A stretch of 64,000 nt of DNA from Candidatus Gastranaerophilales bacterium (GTDB lineage Bacteria > Cyanobacteriota > Vampirovibrionia > Gastranaerophilales > Gastranaerophilaceae). The position numbers were made by a program, and so were the translations under genes. A model generated the notes under the pieces. It worked only from the letters and a program-made list of their open reading frames with translations. It ran no database searches and was not told the DNA's origin. Location: positions 35,439-99,438 of the forward strand of contig CALUYS010000001.1 in assembly GCA_944325065.1 (NCBI GenBank), read 5' to 3'. Positions 1-8,071 of the stretch are shown here, in pieces (within the stretch, counting starts at the first letter, position 1; the number at the start of each line of letters is the position of its first letter).

Positions 1-72
1 AGCAATTCCTGAGTTGAAAGTCTTTTATTATTTTCAAGTGAATTAATGTTACATATTTCTAATTTAGAGTCT

Positions 73-1710
73 TTAACAAACATGTTGTATCCCTAACCTC
101 TCAGCTATATTTTTATCGACTGACACTAAAGCATCTGATCTTCCTATTGGAAGTGAACTATTACCAATTGGTGCCATAAGTTTTTTTAATTCTAAATGTG
201 TTGCAAGAAAATAATTAACAACATTTTCAGCTACTTTATCAACATCAAGTCTTGCAACAAGAAGTGGATTTTGAGTTGTTATGCCAGCTGGACAATTACC
301 TGTATTACAAGCATTACACTTCCCACTATCATTACCTAAACATCCTGCTGCTTGAAGCCAAAGTCTTCCTGCAAAAATACCATTAGCCCCCAAACACATC
401 ATTTTAAATGCATCTGCAGCTAAAGCTCCTCTCATACCAAGTCCACCGCCTGCCCAAAGAGGTATTTGACCTTGTTTACCTTGATGTACAGCTGCAAGAT
501 AACAATCACGTAAACGTGAAACAATCGGATGCCCCGTATGATTTAATGATATTTCATATGCTGCACCTGTGCCACCTTGAATACCATCTAAGAAAAAACC
601 TCCAACTATATTATATGGGTCGCGAAGAAGGTTGTTATAAACCGAAACACTTGTAACAGATGCAGCCACTTTTATTGCAACAGGCACCCTAAACTTAAAT
701 GCTGAATTTAATGACAAAAACATTTTTTGTACACTTTCTTCAATAGAATATAAACCTTGATGGTTTGGAGGTGATAGTAAATCAGCCTTTGGAACACCAC
801 GTATTTCTTGAATATGACGGGCTACTTTTTTTGCCATAAGAAGTCCACCATCACCTGGTTTTGCACCTTGTCCTATTTTTATAAGAATACCACCAGGATC
901 TTCTGTCATTTCAGGCATTGTGTTTATGATTCTATTCCACCCAAAATGACCTGATGCAATCTGAAGAATCATATATTTTAAATAGCGTGATTTTAAAAGC
1001 CTTGTAGGTATACCACCTTCACCTGTACACATTCTTACTTTTAATCCACACACTTCATTTAAATATGCAGTTGCTATTGCAAGTGCTTCCCACATCCTTG
1101 TTGATAATGCTCCAATCGACATATCACCTATAATAATTGGGTAAATCCAATTTACAGGCGGCATTGATTTCGATATTTTTAAATCCCCGTCACTACTAAC
1201 CTCAAATGGTAATTCTTGAGGTGGTATGATTCGACCGAAAGGAGCAAGAACATCAAATGTATGACGCTGTGCATCAAGTGATGGATCTGTCATTTGTGAT
1301 ATTCTTCCTATTTTTATTTTATCAAGCGTTCTTCCTTCTGTGTTTAAATTCGAACGACCACCTCTTTTTATTGAATCACCGTGCTCACATTTATATTTAA
1401 TATTAAAACGACTTTCATCTTCATGAACAGCTTTTATTGCTCCATTTGGACAAACACGGCTACAAACACCACAACCTACACAATTTAAAGCATTACGTGT
1501 TATTTGTTTTATGACAGGGATTGTTGTCGTAGTAACCTTTGGGGTAGGAACATCTCCAATACTTACAACTTTTCTTCGTTTTTCAACATCAACTTTTATA
1601 GCATTAAAACTACAAGCTGCAACACATCTTCCACATAATGTACATTTTGAAGAATCATATTGTATCTGCCAATTTAAATCATCTTTTGAAATTTCGTTTA
1701 TTGTTGCCAT
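73..1710 (-). CDS. Glutamate synthase-related FMN-binding subunit (GltB domain-2 type) with N-terminal 2x[4Fe-4S] ferredoxin domain
   Basis: 545 aa ORF. Two Cys clusters (CTLCGRCVAAC, CVGCGVCSRVCP) are followed by GltS FMN-domain signatures (GEGG, KIGQGAKPGDGG, LLSPPNHQG). Its start overlaps the end of the upstream amidotransferase ORF. Confidence 0.85.
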   Translation of the reverse strand: MATINEISKDDLNWQIQYDSSKCTLCGRCVAACSFNAIKVDVEKRRKVVSIGDVPTPKVTTTTIPVIKQITRNALNCVGCGVCSRVCPNGAIKAVHEDESRFNIKYKCEHGDSIKRGGRSNLNTEGRTLDKIKIGRISQMTDPSLDAQRHTFDVLAPFGRIIPPQELPFEVSSDGDLKISKSMPPVNWIYPIIIGDMSIGALSTRMWEALAIATAYLNEVCGLKVRMCTGEGGIPTRLLKSRYLKYMILQIASGHFGWNRIINTMPEMTEDPGGILIKIGQGAKPGDGGLLMAKKVARHIQEIRGVPKADLLSPPNHQGLYSIEESVQKMFLSLNSAFKFRVPVAIKVAASVTSVSVYNNLLRDPYNIVGGFFLDGIQGGTGAAYEISLNHTGHPIVSRLRDCYLAAVHQGKQGQIPLWAGGGLGMRGALAADAFKMMCLGANGIFAGRLWLQAAGCLGNDSGKCNACNTGNCPAGITTQNPLLVARLDVDKVAENVVNYFLATHLELKKLMAPIGNSSLPIGRSDALVSVDKNIAERLGIQHVC

Positions 1711-2810
1711 CTTTCAACCTTTAAATCATTATTAATTACAACCATTTCACGTTCATTAGGATAAATATCATTATTTATATTTCTTTCAGGTAATATTTCA
1801 TTTATACCGGTAACTTCCGATGTAACAACAACTGTATCATCTGTGGAACCTATTACAATCGGCCTAAGCTTTTTTGAATCACAAGTTGTAAACATAGTTC
1901 CATCAGGCGTTACAGCAATCACAGTATTTGGACCATTTATTTCTAAGTGTGCTAATGATGATTTTATTCGAGAAAGAACTTTTGCATCTTCCCTTTTTGT
2001 CATTTCATCATATGGTAATGGAGTTATAACATGTTTAAAATACTTTAATGGCCATTTTAATACTTTATTGACATAATGAAGTGTGTATAGAAAACATTGA
2101 GAATCACTTTCAAATCCTATATAACCCTTATGAAGTTTTCTTTGAAATAATTTATTCTTTTCATAAAAAGTATTTTCACCATTTACTAAAGCACAATATC
2201 CTTGTAGAAAAAATGGATGTGCTGCATAACGGACAATATCATAATTTGTATTTTGCCTACACTGTGCTGTTATAATTTTAGCTGTAAAATCTTTATTTTC
2301 TTCCCATAAACCAAAATATGTCCCAATATCTTTAGGATCACCAATCTCTTTTAACATTAATGTATCAGGCCAAAATGAATAAACGTAACCTTCATCACTT
2401 TCACTTAATGCTTTTCTTAATTTCAAACGAGTATTTAATAATAATTCTTCTTTTTCTTCTTTTGTCGCATACTTGTATGTTTTAGGATAATTAAAAACCT
2501 CAAATACGTAATTCGGCATAGGTTCAATATTCAATTTATGAGCTTCTTCTATTTTCATATCAGGTGCCCATTGCATAACTCTTATAAAACCTATATTGTG
2601 TAATATTTTTTCAGCTATATGCATACCTTCATCTGTACAAGCCATTGAAAGAATAGGAAAATCTTTGTAATGCTCAAAAACTCCGCCTAAATTTTGCATA
2701 ACAAATGCAAAACCTGAATTATCATGTCCTTTTTGTTGAGAGCGCATAAGCTTTAATGCAACACTTGGATGCATGTAACGTTTCGATTTTAAAGCACCTA
2801 TTCTACACAT
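1698..2810 (-). CDS. Class II (Ntn-type) glutamine amidotransferase, stand-alone GltB domain-1-like subunit
   Basis: 370 aa ORF starting MCRIGA (catalytic Cys directly after Met). It overlaps the FMN subunit gene by 13 nt, suggesting translational coupling. Confidence 0.75.
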   Translation of the reverse strand: MCRIGALKSKRYMHPSVALKLMRSQQKGHDNSGFAFVMQNLGGVFEHYKDFPILSMACTDEGMHIAEKILHNIGFIRVMQWAPDMKIEEAHKLNIEPMPNYVFEVFNYPKTYKYATKEEKEELLLNTRLKLRKALSESDEGYVYSFWPDTLMLKEIGDPKDIGTYFGLWEENKDFTAKIITAQCRQNTNYDIVRYAAHPFFLQGYCALVNGENTFYEKNKLFQRKLHKGYIGFESDSQCFLYTLHYVNKVLKWPLKYFKHVITPLPYDEMTKREDAKVLSRIKSSLAHLEINGPNTVIAVTPDGTMFTTCDSKKLRPIVIGSTDDTVVVTSEVTGINEILPERNINNDIYPNEREMVVINNDLKVERWQQ

Positions 2811-2910
2811 ATTTTCCTCACCTCAAAGTACATATTTCGACTTTTATTTTTTTACATTAGGAATATAATAATTTATTTTTAATAGTTTTGTCAAGTTTTA
2901 TTTACAATAT

Positions 2911-3174
2911 TTACATCCCAAAATGTGATAATAATGCTACTAAATTTACTTGTATTAAACGTAATAAAATAAGAGCAATTATTGGTGATAAACTTAAACC
3001 ACTTGGTAATGTGGTAAATTTGCTGAAAATTTCTAAATATGGATCTACAAGTAAAGCAAGTGTTTTTGCAGGTTGATTATCCCAGTTTACATTTGGTATC
3101 CATTCTAAGAAAACTTTAATAATTATTATCCACCAGTAAATTTCAAATGCCTGATATAATAATTTTGATATCAT
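2911..3174 (-). CDS. YggT family membrane protein
   Basis: 87 aa, two hydrophobic segments and a YggT-like layout (IYWWIIIIKVFLEWIP ... LSLSPIIALILL). Confidence 0.7.
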   Translation of the reverse strand: MISKLLYQAFEIYWWIIIIKVFLEWIPNVNWDNQPAKTLALLVDPYLEIFSKFTTLPSGLSLSPIIALILLRLIQVNLVALLSHFGM

Positions 3175-3203
3175 TTTTATTACCCTTTTTATTTAAATTT
3201 TGG

Positions 3204-4004
3204 TTATAATCTGGAATTTGCTAAAGTATTTTTACACTCACATTGAGTTTCAATCGGAAGTGATTCAATTAGATTCAATAACACTTTTTTTAGATTTTCA
3301 ATATTTGAATTAAAAACTTTTATAACGTCTTGATGCGAAACAGGTGCAACATCACCTGCCAATCCACAATCATAGTCAGTAATTAGTGCAATAGTCAAAG
3401 GACACATATCCATCTCCTTAACCAAATGAACTTCCGGATATTGACTCATGTTTATAACTTCCCAACCCTGATTTGAAAAAAATTTCGATTCGGATGTTGT
3501 TGAAAATCTTGGCCCATTTATTACAACAACAGTACCTTTTTCATGATAACTAACACCTGATTTTTTACATGCCTCAATAGCATATTGTCTTAAGTTTTCA
3601 CAATATGGCAAAGCTGCACTTGTATGAGTGACAATTGGACCATCAAAAAATGTATCTTTTCTTCCTTGAGTAAAATTTACATATTGATCACATATTACAA
3701 AATCACCCGGTTTTATATGTTTTTGCAGACTGCCTGAAGCACATGGCGATATAACACGTTTAACTCCCACATGTTTCATTGCCCAAACATTTGCACGATA
3801 ATTTATCATATGTGGCAAAATGCTATGAGTTGCTCCATGCCGAGGCATAAATGCAACATTATGATTACCTATTTTCCCAACAAACAAGCTATTACTTGGT
3901 ATCCCATAAGGCGTTTCCACTTTTATTTCCTTTATATCATCTAAAAATTTATAAAATCCAGAACCACCAAAAACACCTATATCTGCTATGTTTTTATTAT
4001 ACAT
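3204..4004 (-). CDS. mtnP: S-methyl-5'-thioadenosine phosphorylase
   Basis: 266 aa. Contains IGVFGGSGFY, FMPRHG..H, INYRANVWAMKHVGVKRVISPCASGSL, all typical of MTAP / PNP family 2. Confidence 0.85.
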   Translation of the reverse strand: MYNKNIADIGVFGGSGFYKFLDDIKEIKVETPYGIPSNSLFVGKIGNHNVAFMPRHGATHSILPHMINYRANVWAMKHVGVKRVISPCASGSLQKHIKPGDFVICDQYVNFTQGRKDTFFDGPIVTHTSAALPYCENLRQYAIEACKKSGVSYHEKGTVVVINGPRFSTTSESKFFSNQGWEVINMSQYPEVHLVKEMDMCPLTIALITDYDCGLAGDVAPVSHQDVIKVFNSNIENLKKVLLNLIESLPIETQCECKNTLANSRL

Positions 4005-4028
4005 ATTTAATTCCCTTTTATTATTTAA

Positions 4029-4652
4029 TTATTCTCCATCTCTTTGAATCTTAGTCCCTGTTTCCAAAATACTATTTTCACACTGATCTTCTTCTGTTGT
4101 ATAAATCTTACCATTTGCAGAATACCTTATTTTAAAAATATTTCTCTTGCTACAATCACTATCATTTTCATTGTCATCTTTATTATTAGTTTTTACTTTA
4201 AAATATAAAGTATTTTCTGCTTCAGCATCAGTAACACCTTCCCAAACAGTTGTCCCAGAGCTATTCTCTTGTCTTTGCATCGCCTTTTGAGGTATATTTG
4301 AAATCGTTACACCATTTGCAAGTTTAAAAGAACCTGTATTCCCTTCACAATTTATATTGCCCACTGTATTTAAATAACTAGCTAAATATTGACAAAAATT
4401 TTCATTTTCTTGAATAGGAAATTTTAAAACTTCATATTGCGTTGTATCATACAAGTCTGGATTATTTACAACTGCCATCATTGCTTCTGATACTGTAAAA
4501 AATGTTTTCTTATATAAAAGCTTACTTTCTGAAGGTTTAGTCGATGTTATTGATGGCAAAATAAAAGCTAAAATAACACCCAAAATAACCATTGCTAGTA
4601 GGGTCTCTGCTAAACTAAATCCAATTTTTATTCTTTTATACATATTCCTCAT
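4029..4652 (-). CDS. Prepilin-type N-terminal cleavage/methylation domain protein (type IV pilin or pseudopilin-like)
   Basis: N-terminus KIGFSLAETLLAMVILGVILAF matches the G/F-x-L-x-E prepilin leader plus hydrophobic helix. The remainder is unrecognised. Confidence 0.7.
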   Translation of the reverse strand: MRNMYKRIKIGFSLAETLLAMVILGVILAFILPSITSTKPSESKLLYKKTFFTVSEAMMAVVNNPDLYDTTQYEVLKFPIQENENFCQYLASYLNTVGNINCEGNTGSFKLANGVTISNIPQKAMQRQENSSGTTVWEGVTDAEAENTLYFKVKTNNKDDNENDSDCSKRNIFKIRYSANGKIYTTEEDQCENSILETGTKIQRDGE

Positions 4653-4733
4653 AAATTAATTATACAAGAAAATTTAGAAAATGTAAATTTTTTAATTTAT
4701 ATTTATAGATAATACTGTTTTAAAATTTTTAAG

Positions 4734-4762
4734 TTGATTTTTTATTTTTCTTTTAGTATTAT
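4734..4762 (+). promoter_or_regulatory. Candidate sigma70-type promoter for tRNA-Leu
   Basis: TTGATT (4734-4739), a 17 nt spacer, then TATTAT (4757-4762), about 25 nt upstream of the tRNA 5' end. Confidence 0.45.
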
Positions 4763-4787
4763 AAAAATGAAACTAAAACTTATCTAT

Positions 4788-4873
4788 GCCGAAGTGGCGA
4801 AATTGGTAGACGCACCAGACTCAAAATCTGGCGTGGTTCACCCCACGTACCGGTTCAAGTCCGGTCTTCGGCA
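4788..4873 (+). tRNA. tRNA-Leu, anticodon CAA (type II, long variable arm)
   Basis: Hand fold: acceptor GCCGAAG/CTTCGGC, D arm GCG..CGC, anticodon stem CCAGA/TCTGG with loop CTCAAAA, long variable arm, T arm ACCGG-TTCAAGT-CCGGT, discriminator A. CCA is not encoded. Confidence 0.9.
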
Positions 4874-4876
4874 AAT

Positions 4877-4907
4877 ACTCCAAAAATTTTTATTAAGTTT
4901 TTGGAGT
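4877..4907 (+). terminator. Hairpin downstream of tRNA-Leu
   Basis: ACTCCAAAAA (4877-4886) pairs with TTTTTGGAGT (4898-4907); a T-rich stretch follows. Confidence 0.5.
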
Positions 4908-4941
4908 GTTTCTTATAAAGGAAAAATAATTAAATAAGATT

Positions 4942-5976
4942 ATGGAAAAACAATCTAAAGATATTAAAACTCCTTGCCTATCAATTATTTTACCTTGTTA
5001 TAATGTTGATAAATATATTGAAAAAGCATTATTATCAGTTATCAATCAGACACTTAAAAATATTGAAATAATTTGTATTAATGATGGTTCAAATGATAAA
5101 ACTTTTGACATTATTAATAAATTTGCATTAGAAGATAAACGTATTAAAGTGTTTAATCAAGAAAATCAAGGACAAGGTGTGGCTCGTAATAATGGTATAG
5201 CTTATGCAACAGCTCCATATATTGCTTTTATGGATCCTGATGATTGGGTTGCAATAGATATGTATGAAAATCTTTATAATCTCATTGTTCTCAATGATGC
5301 TGATTTTGTTGAATGTGATTTAAATAAATATTATGAAACGTCAGGTGAGTTAAAAAAGGTAAAATTTGATTATCCTGCAATGGAAAATAAAATATTTAAT
5401 TACAAAAGCGACAAAAATTACGTCTTTAAAGGAACTTCTTTGTCACCTTGCAATAAATTATTTAAAAAATCCTTTATAATCAGTAATAATATATATTTTT
5501 CAAGCAGAAAATTATCTGAAGATCAAATTTTTATTTTAAAGGCGAAAATATTTGCCAAAAAAATTATTTATACCCCTATTGCATATTATACATATAATAT
5601 ACATCCAAAGTCTTCACTGACTACACAGAAAGAAGAAAATATTCATTTTGAAAATATTATATATGAAATTAATCAATTTTTTAAATCACAAAATCTTTAT
5701 GATGAATTTAAAAAATATATTGATGAATCTATATTAAATATTGTTAGAGAACATTATACATTATGTCCTATATATTTAAGAAAGAAATTTTTAAAAAATG
5801 CTAAAAACGTACTTGGTAATGATTTGTTTAAAAAATTTAATAAAAATCGTAAAATTGAAAATAAAAATAAATTTATAGAAAATATATTTTCTTTAAAAAA
5901 TGAATATAAGTTTGGTGTAAAATATAAAAGAGTTACATTGTTGGGATTGAAATTTGAGTTTGTAATAAAAAAGTAG
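4942..5976 (+). CDS. GT2 family glycosyltransferase with C-terminal Lys-rich tag module
   Basis: LSIILPCYNVDKYIEKALLSVINQT...ICINDGSNDKT and DPDD are typical of the GT-A GT2 fold. The last 30 aa are IFSLKNEYKFGVKYKRVTLLGLKFEFVIKK. Confidence 0.85.
   Translation: MEKQSKDIKTPCLSIILPCYNVDKYIEKALLSVINQTLKNIEIICINDGSNDKTFDIINKFALEDKRIKVFNQENQGQGVARNNGIAYATAPYIAFMDPDDWVAIDMYENLYNLIVLNDADFVECDLNKYYETSGELKKVKFDYPAMENKIFNYKSDKNYVFKGTSLSPCNKLFKKSFIISNNIYFSSRKLSEDQIFILKAKIFAKKIIYTPIAYYTYNIHPKSSLTTQKEENIHFENIIYEINQFFKSQNLYDEFKKYIDESILNIVREHYTLCPIYLRKKFLKNAKNVLGNDLFKKFNKNRKIENKNKFIENIFSLKNEYKFGVKYKRVTLLGLKFEFVIKK
5884..5973 (+). other. Tag module copy 1 (C-terminal on GT2)
   Basis: IFSLKNEYKFGVKYKRVTLLGLKFEFVIKK. 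Confidence 0.8.
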
Positions 5977-5988
5977 GAAAGTTGAAAA

Positions 5989-6981
5989 ATGTTATTAATA
6001 ACTGGTGGAGCAGGGTATATAGGAAGTCATGCTGTAATTAATTTTTTAGAAGCAGGGTATGATATTTTGATTTTTGATAATCTTGAAGTTGGGCATATTG
6101 AAATAATCAACACACTAAAAAAAATAGGGAACGTCAAATTTGAAAAGGGTGATTTGAGAAATTTGGCTGATGTTGAAGAATTGTTTAGCAAATATAAAAT
6201 AGATGGTGTAATTCATTTTGCAGCACATGCCTTGGTTGGAGAAAGCATGGTAAAACCTGATAAATATTATGAAAATAATGTTGTTGGTACTTTAAATCTG
6301 CTTAACACAATGATTAAAAATGATGTAAAAAAAATTGTATTTTCATCAACTTGTGCAACTTATGGAGAACCAAATTATGTTCCAATAGATGAAAACCATC
6401 CTCAAAATCCAATAAATCCTTATGGAACTTCAAAACTTATGGTTGAAAAAATATTGGATGATTATGATAAAGCTTATGATTTAAAGTCAATAAAATTAAG
6501 ATATTTTAATGTTGTTGGAGCTGATAGCAAATGTCGTATTGGAGAATGGCACGATAATGAAACTCACTTGGTTCCTAACATATTAAAATCAGTTTTACAA
6601 GAATCAAAAGAATTTAAAATTTTTGGTAATGATTATAATACTAAAGATGGAACTTGTGTTCGTGATTATGTTAATGTGGAAGATTTAGCTTATGCTCATC
6701 GTTTAGCTTATGAATATTTGTTAAAGGAGAATAAATCAGATGTTTTTAATTTAGGGACACAAAATGGAGTAAGTGTTAAAGAAGTTTTCGAAACATGTCA
6801 AAAGGTTTTGAATAAAAAAATAAGATATAAAATTGAAAATAGAAGAACAGGAGACCCTGCAATATTATATGCTGATACTTCTAAAATTCGTCAAATATTG
6901 AATTGGAAACCAAAGCAAACTTTCGAACATAGTATCAAAACAGCTAGCAAATGGGAGCAAAAAAATGAGCAACCAAAATAA
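5989..6981 (+). CDS. galE: UDP-glucose 4-epimerase
   Basis: 330 aa. Contains ITGGAGYIGSH, STCATYGEP, YGTSKLMVE, RYFNVVGA, CVRDYVNVEDLA. Confidence 0.85.
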   Translation: MLLITGGAGYIGSHAVINFLEAGYDILIFDNLEVGHIEIINTLKKIGNVKFEKGDLRNLADVEELFSKYKIDGVIHFAAHALVGESMVKPDKYYENNVVGTLNLLNTMIKNDVKKIVFSSTCATYGEPNYVPIDENHPQNPINPYGTSKLMVEKILDDYDKAYDLKSIKLRYFNVVGADSKCRIGEWHDNETHLVPNILKSVLQESKEFKIFGNDYNTKDGTCVRDYVNVEDLAYAHRLAYEYLLKENKSDVFNLGTQNGVSVKEVFETCQKVLNKKIRYKIENRRTGDPAILYADTSKIRQILNWKPKQTFEHSIKTASKWEQKNEQPK

Positions 6982-8071
6982 AAATATAATTCCTGTTGTT
7001 TTTGCTTCGGATGATAATTATGTACCGTATTTGGCGGTTACAATAAAATCTTTGATAGAACATGTTTCAAATGAAAATTTTTATGAAATATTTATTCTTG
7101 AAAATAAAATATCTGAATATAATAAAAAAAACATTCAAAGTTTAAGTAAAATTGATAATGTAAAAATAGAGTTTATTAATGTTGCTGATTATTTAAATAA
7201 CCTTAAATCAGAAACTTTTTTTACTTCAGGTTATATAAATATTTCGTCTTATTTTCGCTGCTTTATTATTGATATTTTTAAAGATTATGATAAAATAATT
7301 TATCTTGATAGTGATATTATTATTCTAGAGGATATTGCAAATTTATATAATATAACAATTTCTAAAAATAAAGCACTTGGTGTTATTCGCGATATTGGTA
7401 TTATAAATATACTTAATAATAAATCAAGAGTTGATTTGTATAAATTTGAAAATTATTTAAAAAAAGATTTAAATCTTTCAAATCCTGCTGATTATTTTCA
7501 AGCTGGTGTTTTAGTAATGAATTTAAAAGAATTGTGTAAAATAAATTTAATAAGTTTGTGTTTTAAAAAAACAAAAGAAATAAAAACACCTTTTTATCAT
7601 GACCAATGTATTTTAAACTCTATATTTTATAATCAAGTTGAATTTCTTCCAATGAAATGGAATCTATTACCTTATTTATTGTATAATGATGACAATATGT
7701 ATTTACCTGATGATATTAAAAATAAATATTTTGAAATTATTGAAAAAAAAGAAGGTATTATACATTATGCAACTTATGAAAAACCTTGGCGATGTCCTGA
7801 TTTGCCTTTGGCTCAAATATGGTGGGAATATGCACGATTGAGTCCTTTTTATGAGGAAATAATTTACCGTAATGCAAAAGAATGGTCTAATATAACTTAT
7901 GAAGAAAAAAATTTACTTAAAAAAGAAGATTATTTTAAATTTAAATGTTTAAAATATAAATTTTTATACTTTTTATCCTTTGGCAAAAAACGTGTTTATT
8001 ATAAAGAAAAATTGAAATTGTATGAATATAATTTAAAAAGAATAGTAAAAATAAAAGCGAGGAAGATATAA
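6965..8071 (+). CDS. GT8 family glycosyltransferase
   Basis: IPVVFASDDNYVPYLAVTIKSL, the DxD motif in YLDSDIII, FQAGVLVMNL, HYATYEKPW. Confidence 0.8.
   Translation: MSNQNKNIIPVVFASDDNYVPYLAVTIKSLIEHVSNENFYEIFILENKISEYNKKNIQSLSKIDNVKIEFINVADYLNNLKSETFFTSGYINISSYFRCFIIDIFKDYDKIIYLDSDIIILEDIANLYNITISKNKALGVIRDIGIINILNNKSRVDLYKFENYLKKDLNLSNPADYFQAGVLVMNLKELCKINLISLCFKKTKEIKTPFYHDQCILNSIFYNQVEFLPMKWNLLPYLLYNDDNMYLPDDIKNKYFEIIEKKEGIIHYATYEKPWRCPDLPLAQIWWEYARLSPFYEEIIYRNAKEWSNITYEEKNLLKKEDYFKFKCLKYKFLYFLSFGKKRVYYKEKLKLYEYNLKRIVKIKARKI

Noticed and set aside
408-656. 82 aa plus-strand ORF inside the glutamate synthase gene. The same applies to similar antisense ORFs at 1511-1735, 1843-2076, 2081-2275, 2888-3076 and 3851-4054.
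   Set aside because: Each lies entirely antisense to a long ORF with strong family motifs. They have no RBS and a low-complexity composition, as expected for shadow ORFs in AT-rich DNA.
4734-4937. 67 aa ORF spanning the tRNA-Leu region.
   Set aside because: It is explained by the tRNA gene plus its promoter and terminator. The 'protein' is a translation of the tRNA sequence.
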